Shown here in pieces: positions 53,134 to 61,387 of a DNA stretch of 64,000 nt. A program made the translations under genes and the position numbers. Source of the stretch: a virus. The stretch lies in IMG/VR virus record IMGVR_UViG_3300045988_154953, one strand, 5' to 3'. How positions within the stretch are numbered: position 1 is the stretch's first letter; every line of letters starts with the position of its first letter. The notes beneath the pieces were generated by a model. It saw nothing but the letters and a program-made list of their open reading frames with translations, was not told where the DNA came from and made no database searches.

Positions 53134-53628
53134 ATGAGTAGAGATTTTTTAATTGTTGATACAGCGTATAATACTAATGAATATCCAGGAAATGTCATTG
53201 TAAAAGTCAATGATGAATATTATTTAATTCCAACATTAAACAGAAATTCTAATGATTTGACTTCATTTAAGAAAATTGAACATGAAGTTATTAAGAATAA
53301 AAACTTAACTGAAATTCCTCGTTACAGATATACAACGCTAGAACTGGAAAAGCGTGAAGGTCATAATATTCCAATAGGGAGAGCAATCACAGAAAAGGAA
53401 CTTGATGAATTAAAAGAAGAGTTACATTTAACGGATGATGATATTTCTGAATCGTTTGAAGAAACAATCGGTGCTATTTACGGAGAAAAATCTGAGAAGA
53501 AATTTAGATGTATTCAGATTAGTGTAGAAGAAGTATACGCTGTTCAGATCGAGGAAAAACTTAAAAAGAAGGGAATTCAGGCAGCGAATGTAACTGCTGG
53601 TAAAATTAATATTAGAATTCCAGTATGA
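53134..53628 (+). CDS. hypothetical protein (in frame with a downstream HTH segment across TGA)
   Basis: ATG at 53134 after GAAGGGAG. Ends at TGA 53626-53628. Confidence 0.55.
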   Translation: MSRDFLIVDTAYNTNEYPGNVIVKVNDEYYLIPTLNRNSNDLTSFKKIEHEVIKNKNLTEIPRYRYTTLELEKREGHNIPIGRAITEKELDELKEELHLTDDDISESFEETIGAIYGEKSEKKFRCIQISVEEVYAVQIEEKLKKKGIQAANVTAGKINIRIPV

Positions 53629-53796
53629 ACTTTAAGAGAATTTCGAAAACATACAAGAATGTCTCAATCTGTTTTTGCTTTTTACTTTGGATTATCTGTT
53701 AGAAATGTACAAGAGTGGGAACAGGGAAATAAAGCAATGCCTCCATATTTGCTTAATTTATTAGAACGCATATGGGAATTAGAAGGACATGATTAA
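53629..53796 (+). CDS. XRE-family HTH domain segment lacking its own canonical start
   Basis: Own translation TLREFRKHTRMSQSVFAFYFGLSVRNVQEWEQGNKAMPPYLLNLLERIWELEGHD. A complete HTH begins at the codon after the TGA. The only internal ATG (53659) would delete helix 1. Confidence 0.4.
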   Translation, partial: TLREFRKHTRMSQSVFAFYFGLSVRNVQEWEQGNKAMPPYLLNLLERIWELEGHD

Positions 53797-53808
53797 GGGA
53801 ACGAAGAC

Positions 53809-54015
53809 ATGAACGAAGTATTGGAACGGCGTTTAGCTGCAAAGAAACAAGATTTAAAAAATGAACAAGAATATTTTAAAATCGACATGCAGCATATTGA
53901 GCAGGCTAGTTATGAAGATAATGCAATTAACGCGTTACTCAGCATGAAGAAATTAAAAACAGAAATTTCAGAGTTGGAACTTGTATTACAAATGTTAAAA
54001 ACAGAGAAAAAATAG
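53809..54015 (+). CDS. hypothetical protein (coiled coil)
   Basis: TAAGGGAA upstream; ORF track. Confidence 0.55.
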   Translation: MNEVLERRLAAKKQDLKNEQEYFKIDMQHIEQASYEDNAINALLSMKKLKTEISELELVLQMLKTEKK

Positions 54016-54037
54016 AGTTTGCATTGGAGAGTATGTT

Positions 54038-54385
54038 ATGAAAAACAAGTTGGAAAACTTAAATAATATTAAATCTGTAAGCTTCTGTGATTATACAAGC
54101 TATGATTCGGATAAGTGCCACGATGGTGGTAGCTACGCATTCTATAAGGACTATAAACGGGATGATAATGGAAAGTGGTATGCTGTATATAGAACAACTG
54201 CTGATTTTGATTATTGCCCTTGCTGCGGAAGTTTCAATAATCATTATGAAGATTATGAATCAGGTTATAGCTGTGGTGAATTTGAGACAGTAACGGATGA
54301 GGAGCTGTTAGATATTATCAACAGCTTCGAAGAAACAGAAGATGAGTATATTGAGTTTAGATATAAAGAGGGGAGTGTGAAGTAA
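54038..54385 (+). CDS. hypothetical protein
   Basis: TTGGAGAG upstream. The overlapping ORFs 54059..54244 and 54087..54293 were rejected. Confidence 0.6.
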   Translation: MKNKLENLNNIKSVSFCDYTSYDSDKCHDGGSYAFYKDYKRDDNGKWYAVYRTTADFDYCPCCGSFNNHYEDYESGYSCGEFETVTDEELLDIINSFEETEDEYIEFRYKEGSVK

Positions 54386-54387
54386 TT

Positions 54388-55089
54388 ATGCAATATAAAG
54401 GTGTATACGCCTGCGGTCATGAAGGAACAGTCAGAATTAGCGGAGGTAAAGCTGCTGATAGAGAATGGAAAGCTAGTAAAGCTTTTGAACATGATTGCCC
54501 AGATTGCCAGAAAAAAGCAAGAGAAGAGGAAATAAGAGTAATAAATGAAGAATCCGCCTCTGATTCCAAAAAATTGAGGTTTCCAGAGCTTGAAGGCTCG
54601 CCTAAGCAAATTGCTTGGGCAAATACAATTAGGCTTAAATTCTATGATTTCTGTGTAGAACGTGGGATTTCTCCTGATGAAGTTATCGATAACGAAACAT
54701 CTGCAAGTTGGTGGATTGATACTCATACTTGTGATGAACAGTTTGTTGCAGAATACGGAAAAGAACCGGAGCAAGAGCCATGTCGAGAGATAACTTATGA
54801 TGCAGATGATGACATTTTTACTTTAAAACTCTTAGACGGTGATAAACAGAATGAGAAATTTATGAAATCACTTGAAAAGATTGAAAATGTAAATTGGGTA
54901 TCTGATACAGGAATCACTATACAGACAAAAAAAGTATTGAAAGTTAAACGTTTAGTATATAGATATTGCTTTGAGATTGATAAGAATACTGCTGATAGAT
55001 TAGAGATTGATAAATCAGAGTATGATGAAGGACTTAAACGAGCAATTGAAGACCAAAAAATATTAAAACGCATTGAGGGAGGAAATTAA
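54388..55089 (+). CDS. hypothetical protein (N-terminal Cys4 cluster)
   Basis: ACGHEG...CPDCQKK and GSPKQIAWANTIR. Antisense ORFs 54265..54774 and 54795..55073 rejected. Confidence 0.6.
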   Translation: MQYKGVYACGHEGTVRISGGKAADREWKASKAFEHDCPDCQKKAREEEIRVINEESASDSKKLRFPELEGSPKQIAWANTIRLKFYDFCVERGISPDEVIDNETSASWWIDTHTCDEQFVAEYGKEPEQEPCREITYDADDDIFTLKLLDGDKQNEKFMKSLEKIENVNWVSDTGITIQTKKVLKVKRLVYRYCFEIDKNTADRLEIDKSEYDEGLKRAIEDQKILKRIEGGN

Positions 55090-55092
55090 AAA

Positions 55093-55431
55093 ATGGCACG
55101 AATACCAGATAATATTGAATTGAATGGAACATCTTTTAAGTTAGATATATTTAGAGAAAAAACATATACAGACATTCTTGAGAGATATAACATTCCTTAT
55201 ACTATATTAAAAGAATCAGAACAGGTAGCATACGGATTTGGAATTGGAGTATATTGTGAAGTTTACAAATATGTCAGTCCAAAGACAGATCGTGATTGTT
55301 ACGTATATGAATACGTGGAAAATCATGGGCCAGATGGATTTGGTAGCTATGTGGCAGTTACCTATTCTGATGAAGAAATTAATATTGTTGAGCTGTACGA
55401 TGTTATTATGGCTTCTTTGAGACCGGAATGA
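55093..55431 (+). CDS. hypothetical protein
   Basis: GAGGGAGGAA upstream; ORF track. Confidence 0.6.
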   Translation: MARIPDNIELNGTSFKLDIFREKTYTDILERYNIPYTILKESEQVAYGFGIGVYCEVYKYVSPKTDRDCYVYEYVENHGPDGFGSYVAVTYSDEEINIVELYDVIMASLRPE

Positions 55432-55466
55432 TATAAATGAAATATAAATAATATGGAGGAGAAAGA

Positions 55467-55874
55467 ATGCATGTGAATATATTCGAAACAAAATCAGATG
55501 ATGAATTATCTGTACTGTATGAGCAATTCCTTGAAGCAGAAAAGATAGGTAGTTTTTCAGACGATAATGAATTAGGAAAAATTAAAAAAGAATATCAAGA
55601 GGATTTTGGAGCGAATACGATGTTAATGCTCCAGATCGAATTAACACATACCATAGCAGATAGATGGTATAAAAACAAGAAGAATCCAGTTAGAAAATAT
55701 AAATATAAAGTTGACTTATCAGCCGATGATGCAACAGTTGGATATATTCAACTCACTTCAGAAGAAGCAAAGATTGTAGAATATGCAACGAATGAAGAAA
55801 ATTGGGATATTGTTAAGCAAGGTGAATATAGTGGTTTGTTTGAAATTGATGTGAATAATCCAATTGAAATCTAG
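55467..55874 (+). CDS. hypothetical protein
   Basis: ATGGAGGAG upstream; ORF track. Confidence 0.6.
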   Translation: MHVNIFETKSDDELSVLYEQFLEAEKIGSFSDDNELGKIKKEYQEDFGANTMLMLQIELTHTIADRWYKNKKNPVRKYKYKVDLSADDATVGYIQLTSEEAKIVEYATNEENWDIVKQGEYSGLFEIDVNNPIEI

Positions 55875-55897
55875 GTTCATAATGGAGGTATATAGAT

Positions 55898-56137
55898 ATG
55901 AAAGACATGAATATTACAGGAAATGCAATTGAAAATTTGTTAATATCATATGCGGATCATAAAGCACAGGAAAAATTATTTATAGAAGAAACAAATTTTG
56001 ATATAGATAAATTAGAAGCAAATTCAGAATTTATGTATCATAAAGGGTTTTGTGAATGTGCAGAAAGATGGATTAGATGTATCGGTATAAGTCCAAATAG
56101 TCCTATAATTGAGCAGATGATTAAGGATAATATGTAA
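55898..56137 (+). CDS. hypothetical protein
   Basis: ATGGAGG upstream; ORF track. Confidence 0.55.
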   Translation: MKDMNITGNAIENLLISYADHKAQEKLFIEETNFDIDKLEANSEFMYHKGFCECAERWIRCIGISPNSPIIEQMIKDNM

Positions 56138-56176
56138 ATTTAGGAATCCAAGTTTTAAATGAAAATGAGGAATGAT

Positions 56177-56440
56177 ATGATAAAAGAAATTTATGATTTT
56201 TGTGATTGTTTAAATTTGTACGCAATTGAATATAGTGGAAGAGGTATGTTTGGTGAGAAATGTATTGGCATTATTTGCAATGATCCTTTGAATATATTAA
56301 TGGAATTGATTGTGTATATCATGGATAATTATGATTATACAGGTGAGCAAATTAAAGAAAATCTTGGTAAACCTGAATGGGATGATATGGGGTTAGAAAA
56401 AATCTTATATTTCCCATTTATAAAATTAGACAAAATCTAA
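56177..56440 (+). CDS. hypothetical protein
   Basis: Trimmed to ATG at 56177 after ATGAGGAA. Confidence 0.55.
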   Translation: MIKEIYDFCDCLNLYAIEYSGRGMFGEKCIGIICNDPLNILMELIVYIMDNYDYTGEQIKENLGKPEWDDMGLEKILYFPFIKLDKI

Positions 56441-56458
56441 GTTTCAGGAGGTGATTTT

Positions 56459-56674
56459 ATGAATAAATGTGACTGGTGTAATACAGATCTATATAAAGCA
56501 ACTTACTATGGAGATGCTGATTTTGATATGGAACATACTATAGAAGGTGATAATTTGGTGTGCTTGTCTATACTGTGGAATTCAAAGTCAAAAAAGTTTG
56601 GATTATATGCCGGTGGTGAAAGTGAGGCTTTCGTAAATATTAATTATTGTCCTAAATGTGGAAGAAAATTATAA
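56459..56674 (+). CDS. hypothetical zinc-ribbon protein (C-terminal INYCPKCGRKL)
   Basis: CDWC...CPKCGRKL. Paralog-like to 15795..15995. CAGGAGG upstream. Confidence 0.6.
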   Translation: MNKCDWCNTDLYKATYYGDADFDMEHTIEGDNLVCLSILWNSKSKKFGLYAGGESEAFVNINYCPKCGRKL

Positions 56675-56725
56675 TTAAAAAACCAATGAATAAATGATTT
56701 CATAAAATGGAGATGAATTTATACT

Positions 56726-57202
56726 ATGGAATTTGCAAAATATTATAATGTGTCAAAAATTGTAGAAAAAATGCAGAAAACAGGAGAGATTGACTGCTAT
56801 CCTACAGATGATGATAAGTTTGAAGGTGTATACGTTTGTATGGATACTAATGATTTTTGGATAAGCAGAATCAACAAAGGATATAACGGAAAATACGAAA
56901 GAGAAGATGGGAAATATCTTGTAGAACGTAACAAGATCAGTATCTATGATGTTATGGATAAATTGCATGAATGGTATGGAAAGAAGTTACCGGAATTCAA
57001 TGAAAAAGATTTGGGTTATGAACAGAAAAATAAAGTTCATGATTATCTGAAGAAATTTAAATCAAAAGATATTTGCAGAGCAGTTATTTTCTTGGATGAT
57101 TTTGACGGATTATCAAATTGGGATAATTATGAGGCGAATTCTTTAGAAGAGGCTATAGATATTATTGATGGTGGATACGGAATTCTTTCATTAGTAGAAT
57201 AA
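56726..57202 (+). CDS. hypothetical protein
   Basis: ATGGAGATG upstream. Antisense ORF 56753..56968 rejected. Confidence 0.6.
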   Translation: MEFAKYYNVSKIVEKMQKTGEIDCYPTDDDKFEGVYVCMDTNDFWISRINKGYNGKYEREDGKYLVERNKISIYDVMDKLHEWYGKKLPEFNEKDLGYEQKNKVHDYLKKFKSKDICRAVIFLDDFDGLSNWDNYEANSLEEAIDIIDGGYGILSLVE

Positions 57203-57228
57203 AAACTATTACGAAAGGAATGGATGTC

Positions 57229-57465
57229 ATGTTTAAATGGAAAGATTATGAAGAAATCACAGCATTGTTTATTGATGGAATAAACGAAAACATAGCAATT
57301 TTAAGATATAAAGATTTTCAGTTGATAGATGTAGCTACAGGATTAAAAGTGAAAATGAAATCGTCTAATATTGATGAAGCTAAAATTGATGCAGAAAATT
57401 ATTTGAAAGAATTGTGGTACAGAGTAGAACGTAATTACAAGAGAAATCTTGATGCATTGAAATAA
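57229..57465 (+). CDS. hypothetical protein
   Basis: ATG at 57229 lies 9 nt after GAAAGGA; the track start at 57220 abuts the RBS. Confidence 0.5.
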   Translation: MFKWKDYEEITALFIDGINENIAILRYKDFQLIDVATGLKVKMKSSNIDEAKIDAENYLKELWYRVERNYKRNLDALK

Positions 57466-57477
57466 GAGGTATATTTT

Positions 57478-57576
57478 ATGAAAAAAAGGAAATGGATTTA
57501 CGACTATGTAACAGTGGGGAATAAAACATATCAGTTTAAAAATGGAAAATTAAAATGGACTATTAGATGGGAATAG
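57478..57576 (+). CDS. hypothetical 32-aa peptide
   Basis: Own translation MKKRKWIYDYVTVGNKTYQFKNGKLKWTIRWE. TAAGAGG upstream. Confidence 0.4.
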   Translation: MKKRKWIYDYVTVGNKTYQFKNGKLKWTIRWE

Positions 57577-57612
57577 ATCCAAGTTTTCATGAAATGAAAT
57601 GGAGGATAAATT

Positions 57613-57834
57613 ATGAAAAACGAAAGGTATGCAGTTGCTTATAATGATAAAATCGGAAATGGATTTACGGAAACGGAACCTTGGATTCTTGATGACTTTG
57701 ATGATATAAGACAAAGTAGAATAAAGGCAAATGGATTGATCAGATCGGGGTATAAGAATGTAACAATGTTTAAAATCTGTGGTCAACCGCCAGAATGTAT
57801 TACATGGTCATATGTAAAGAAACATGAAATTTAA
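57613..57834 (+). CDS. hypothetical protein
   Basis: ATGGAGGA upstream. Antisense ORF 57550..57786 rejected. Confidence 0.55.
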   Translation: MKNERYAVAYNDKIGNGFTETEPWILDDFDDIRQSRIKANGLIRSGYKNVTMFKICGQPPECITWSYVKKHEI

Positions 57835-57866
57835 CTTTCATTAAAAAAGAAAGAAGGAATAATAAT

Positions 57867-58025
57867 ATGGAAAAGAAAATATTTACTTTAGAATTAACAG
57901 AAGAACAGGCTAAATGGGTTAGAATTGCACTTGATACAAATGGAGATAAACAAGATGAGGCAGGTCATAAAAATAGGGCTGAATTTCTGTATGGACTTGC
58001 AGAAAAATTAAGAATGAAAGAATGA
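57867..58025 (+). CDS. hypothetical protein (52 aa)
   Basis: Own translation MEKKIFTLELTEEQAKWVRIALDTNGDKQDEAGHKNRAEFLYGLAEKLRMKE. AGAAGGAA upstream. Confidence 0.5.
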   Translation: MEKKIFTLELTEEQAKWVRIALDTNGDKQDEAGHKNRAEFLYGLAEKLRMKE

Positions 58026-58057
58026 TTTACTCTGAAGATTGGAGGAGATGATATAAA

Positions 58058-58237
58058 ATGTATGAATGGTCAAAAGAGATTATGGAAAAGATTGCTGCTG
58101 CAAAATGTCTTACAGAATCAGAATTGCGTGAGACGGAAATAGCGTTGAGAATGCATGACATCAATACAGACATATTAGATGAAGCTATAGGTTTGTCAAA
58201 TGACGGAAAATATGAATTAAAATATAAAATATTATAA
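58058..58237 (+). CDS. hypothetical protein (59 aa)
   Basis: Own translation MYEWSKEIMEKIAAAKCLTESELRETEIALRMHDINTDILDEAIGLSNDGKYELKYKIL. Preceded by the junction GATTTACTCTGAAGATTGGAGGAGAT. Confidence 0.5.
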   Translation: MYEWSKEIMEKIAAAKCLTESELRETEIALRMHDINTDILDEAIGLSNDGKYELKYKIL

Positions 58238-58283
58238 GTGCTGAAATGACGATTCCATGATTATGGAAAGCAGGTGATATAAA

Positions 58284-58823
58284 GTGAAAATAACAAGATT
58301 TAAAGATATTCCTCAATTGACAAGAGCTGGAACGTACAATATTAATGTTCCATTAACTCATATTTTAAAAACGCTTTCAGAATGGGAAGAAGATGAATAT
58401 TATCGTTTACAATTAAATCCTAATTTTCAACGTGGGCATGTATGGACAGAAAATCAACAAATTGCATATGTTGAATTTCTACTACGTGGAGGAAAATCAG
58501 CAAAGGTAATTTATTTTAATAAACCAAGTTGGCAGACGGTTGAACCTATTAATGGATATGATGATTTTGTATGTGTTGATGGTTTGCAAAGAATTACAGC
58601 GGTAACTAAATTTTTAAAAAATGAAATTAAAGTTTTTGGTAGTTACTATAAAGATTTTGAGGACAAAATACCTCTCAGTGTAGACCTAATCTTTAATGTA
58701 AACGATCTTAAAAATGAAAAAGAAGTTCTTCAATGGTATGTTGATATGAACGCTGGTGGAACGCCACATAAAAACGAAGAGATTGAACGAGTAAAACAGA
58801 TGATTGAAGAGTTAGAGAAGTAA
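58284..58823 (+). CDS. DUF262-like (GmrSD N-terminal, ParB/Srx-fold) domain protein
   Basis: LNPNFQRGHVWTENQQIAYVEFLLRGG and FVCVDGLQRITAV (DGQQR-type motif). GTG start after AGGTGAT. Confidence 0.6.
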   Translation: MKITRFKDIPQLTRAGTYNINVPLTHILKTLSEWEEDEYYRLQLNPNFQRGHVWTENQQIAYVEFLLRGGKSAKVIYFNKPSWQTVEPINGYDDFVCVDGLQRITAVTKFLKNEIKVFGSYYKDFEDKIPLSVDLIFNVNDLKNEKEVLQWYVDMNAGGTPHKNEEIERVKQMIEELEK

Positions 58824-58997
58824 ATGGATAGATGGAGATATGCAGTTCATTATTGTGAACACCATGAATGTAAAGACTGTTATATTTACAAAAACAATTT
58901 AGATACTCGAACAAAAGATGAATATTTTGATACTCCATGTTGTGAGAACATTCACGATTACTTAAAAAGAAAAGATCTGAATGAATTGCCATGGTGA
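58824..58997 (+). CDS. hypothetical Cys/His-rich protein (57 aa)
   Basis: Own translation MDRWRYAVHYCEHHECKDCYIYKNNLDTRTKDEYFDTPCCENIHDYLKRKDLNELPW. TAAATG stop/start junction. Antisense ORF 58708..59043 rejected. Confidence 0.45.
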   Translation: MDRWRYAVHYCEHHECKDCYIYKNNLDTRTKDEYFDTPCCENIHDYLKRKDLNELPW

Positions 58998-59007
58998 TGT
59001 GATATAA

Positions 59008-59214
59008 ATGGAATGGTCGTGTCCTGTTTGTGGTGCAAAACATGATAGAGACATTAACGCTGCAAAAAATATACTGGCGGAGGGATTACGACAAATAGCA
59101 TAAGAAGAATAACTATATAGGGCAGGGACTGCCCAAATTTACGCCTGTGGAGATAGTAGGTCACGAGGTCTGTGAAGCAGGAAGCCCATTGGCTTTAGAC
59201 AATGGGTAGTTCAC
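59008..59214 (+). mobile_element. tnpB: IS200/IS605-family remnant: TnpB C-terminal 31 codons plus right-end/omega-RNA-like scaffold
   Basis: [31 protein letters not shown] (59008-59103) is the CxxC + DRDxNAAxNI end of TnpB. The downstream GGGCAG-GGA-CUGCCC and CCCAUUG...CAAUGGG hairpins end in GUAGUUCAC (59214), as in IS1341-type right ends. Confidence 0.6.
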
Positions 59215-59295
59215 TTTGAGGCGAAAAGATATGTATGGATTCTCAAGCATTGCTTCAATAAGAAATGATTTGACTTTTAAATATGGGGTAATATA

Positions 59296-59736
59296 ATGGC
59301 GTATTTTATATTAGATCAATGTGCAGAAGATGCAGCTGAAGTGATTTGGGGTAGAAAGAAAATTGTAGGGAATAGAATCGTTGACTGTGATCCAGAGATT
59401 GATGAACAGAAACAAGAAAATACAGATTATGGATGGCTTGCTCCAAATGGGAAATTTCATCTTGTTAAGTTTGGAAATCATCAGGTATGGGCTTCACAAT
59501 ATCTTTTAGATGAATATCGAAAAGGAAATATTGAATCAAAATACAATGAAGATCCGTCTGACAAATTATGTGAAATGGGATTTATATTGATTCATAATCC
59601 ACATGGGTACAATTTCTCTGTTACAAGAAATTGTAATAAAAGGATAACAACTAGACAAGAAAATTTTCTTATTGAATATTTTGAGCAACGCAATATGAAG
59701 GAATGGTTATATAAAATATACAGAGGTGAAATTTAA
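59296..59736 (+). CDS. hypothetical protein
   Basis: ATGGGG upstream; ORF track. Confidence 0.6.
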   Translation: MAYFILDQCAEDAAEVIWGRKKIVGNRIVDCDPEIDEQKQENTDYGWLAPNGKFHLVKFGNHQVWASQYLLDEYRKGNIESKYNEDPSDKLCEMGFILIHNPHGYNFSVTRNCNKRITTRQENFLIEYFEQRNMKEWLYKIYRGEI

Positions 59737-59755
59737 TTTAAACGGAGGTAATGTA

Positions 59756-59914
59756 ATGGAAAAATTAGTTCAGAAAGTAAAATGGGCTTTACCTGGTTCA
59801 CCAGTACAAGAAATGTTTATGTATTGTGATGCTAGTGTTGAGGCAAATCAAGAGATGCAGGAAGTGTTAGAGAAATTATATCAATACGAGAATAATAAAC
59901 TGGAGGATGATTAG
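59756..59914 (+). CDS. hypothetical protein
   Basis: Trimmed to ATG at 59756 after ACGGAGG. Confidence 0.5.
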   Translation: MEKLVQKVKWALPGSPVQEMFMYCDASVEANQEMQEVLEKLYQYENNKLEDD

Positions 59915-59915
59915 C

Positions 59916-60107
59916 ATGAGCTATATACGTTGCCCGAATTGTTGGAAAAGTGATGGAAACGATGATATTATTTTGAGTAAGAAAATCATATGCATGGATA
60001 CTTCCGATTGTCAGATATCAGTTAAGAAACAGTGTGATATATGTGGAAAGATATACGAAGTGATAGCAGAGTATAAATTTTCACACGAAATGTTAGGAGA
60101 ATATTAA
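59916..60107 (+). CDS. hypothetical zinc-ribbon protein
   Basis: CPNCW...CDICGK. ATG at 59916 after TGGAGGA. Confidence 0.55.
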   Translation: MSYIRCPNCWKSDGNDDIILSKKIICMDTSDCQISVKKQCDICGKIYEVIAEYKFSHEMLGEY

Positions 60108-60277
60108 TGACAGAGCAAGATATTAAATGCTGCCAGTGTGGAAAGTTTATTTTAACAGAGCAGCTCACAGATGATAATAAGATCAGATGTATAAAGGGAA
60201 GTTATGATGATGGATATTATACAAACGATGATAAGTTCTATTGCCTGGAATGCGCTGAAAAGTTGGGATTGGAGTGA
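60107..60277 (+). CDS. hypothetical zinc-ribbon protein (56 aa)
   Basis: Own translation MTEQDIKCCQCGKFILTEQLTDDNKIRCIKGSYDDGYYTNDDKFYCLECAEKLGLE. TAATG overlap with the upstream ORF. Confidence 0.5.
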   Translation: MTEQDIKCCQCGKFILTEQLTDDNKIRCIKGSYDDGYYTNDDKFYCLECAEKLGLE

Positions 60278-60282
60278 TATGA

Positions 60283-60741
60283 ATGGATACAGAGAAATAT
60301 AACGGAGATATCATTAGAATTGATCGATTGATTGAGTTTTTGCCAACTGAACATTGGTCATGGGATAAAACAGGAGAAATAAACTTAGACGATATTTCAG
60401 TTGCGATGCATGATACCATTCCAGAAATTTCTGAACCGTATGGTGACAGTTGGAAACATCCGATTTTGGAACAGAAATCAAGGGAATGGCATATAGGGAG
60501 AATTATTTATTTTATCAATCACCCAACGGAAATAAGAGATATTGAGATTGATAATGAATGCAGTGGTAATTTTATTCTTCCACAACCAATTATTGTAGAT
60601 GGTTGGCATAGATATGCAGCCGCTAGATGGTTATATGATCAAGGCAAATTATCTAAAATCCATTGCAGATATGGTGGAAGAATGGATGTTTTAGAATATC
60701 TGCAAGGGAAACTGGATGATTTATCGCTGGAAGCCGTATAG
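60283..60741 (+). CDS. ParB/Srx-fold (ParB N-terminal-like) domain protein
   Basis: PQPIIVDGWHRYAAARWL (DGxHR motif). Antisense ORFs 60183..60419 and 60653..60847 rejected. Confidence 0.55.
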   Translation: MDTEKYNGDIIRIDRLIEFLPTEHWSWDKTGEINLDDISVAMHDTIPEISEPYGDSWKHPILEQKSREWHIGRIIYFINHPTEIRDIEIDNECSGNFILPQPIIVDGWHRYAAARWLYDQGKLSKIHCRYGGRMDVLEYLQGKLDDLSLEAV

Positions 60742-60776
60742 CAAATAAACGATGATTTCTTATAAAGGAGAAAAAT

Positions 60777-61001
60777 ATGTATAGAAAATCAATCAAATCA
60801 TTTAACAATTTGGAACATGGAGATTTAATTATAAGTCCCATTGACAATGAAATTACACAATTTTATATTGATAAAGATGGTAATAAATATCTTGCTGGTA
60901 AAAAATCGTTATTTGATTTATTCCAATTTGATGAAAAAGATTTTTATTTTTATGATGGGAATAAACAAATAGGAGAAGTTGATAAAGATTATTTCAAATG
61001 A
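60777..61001 (+). CDS. hypothetical protein
   Basis: AAAGGAG upstream; ORF track. Confidence 0.55.
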   Translation: MYRKSIKSFNNLEHGDLIISPIDNEITQFYIDKDGNKYLAGKKSLFDLFQFDEKDFYFYDGNKQIGEVDKDYFK

Positions 61002-61035
61002 AAAATTGCTTTCAATGGTAGATGGAGATGATTAT

Positions 61036-61299
61036 ATGAAAAGAATTAAAATGAAAAATAATACAACAAAATTTGTGTGGGACGGAGATAACTGTGTTGG
61101 TAAATACACAGAACTTATAGAACAGTACCATTATGATTTAGAAGAAGAAAAGATGGAACACAAAATAGAAATGGAATTAAATGGATGGAATGATTCTGGG
61201 CAGGTCAAGGAAATGGTAAGTGGTTCTTTAATGCCGGGAGCGAAAAATCCTCCCGTACATGTTTGGTTTGGAAGTTATTATAAAACAATTAGAGAGTAG
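61036..61299 (+). CDS. hypothetical protein
   Basis: Trimmed to ATG at 61036 after GATGGAG. Confidence 0.5.
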   Translation: MKRIKMKNNTTKFVWDGDNCVGKYTELIEQYHYDLEEEKMEHKIEMELNGWNDSGQVKEMVSGSLMPGAKNPPVHVWFGSYYKTIRE

Positions 61300-61387
61300 A
61301 TGAAAGATTGTTTTCATGTATTTTTTATACTTGTAATTCTATAGAACGTTATCACCATAAAATTTATGAAAAGGAGATTGATATAAT

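Noticed and set aside
53659-53796. Calling the HTH segment as an independent 45-aa gene starting at ATG 53659.
   Set aside because: That start would delete helix 1 of the HTH, and no RBS precedes it. The in-frame continuity with the upstream ORF is the more informative description.
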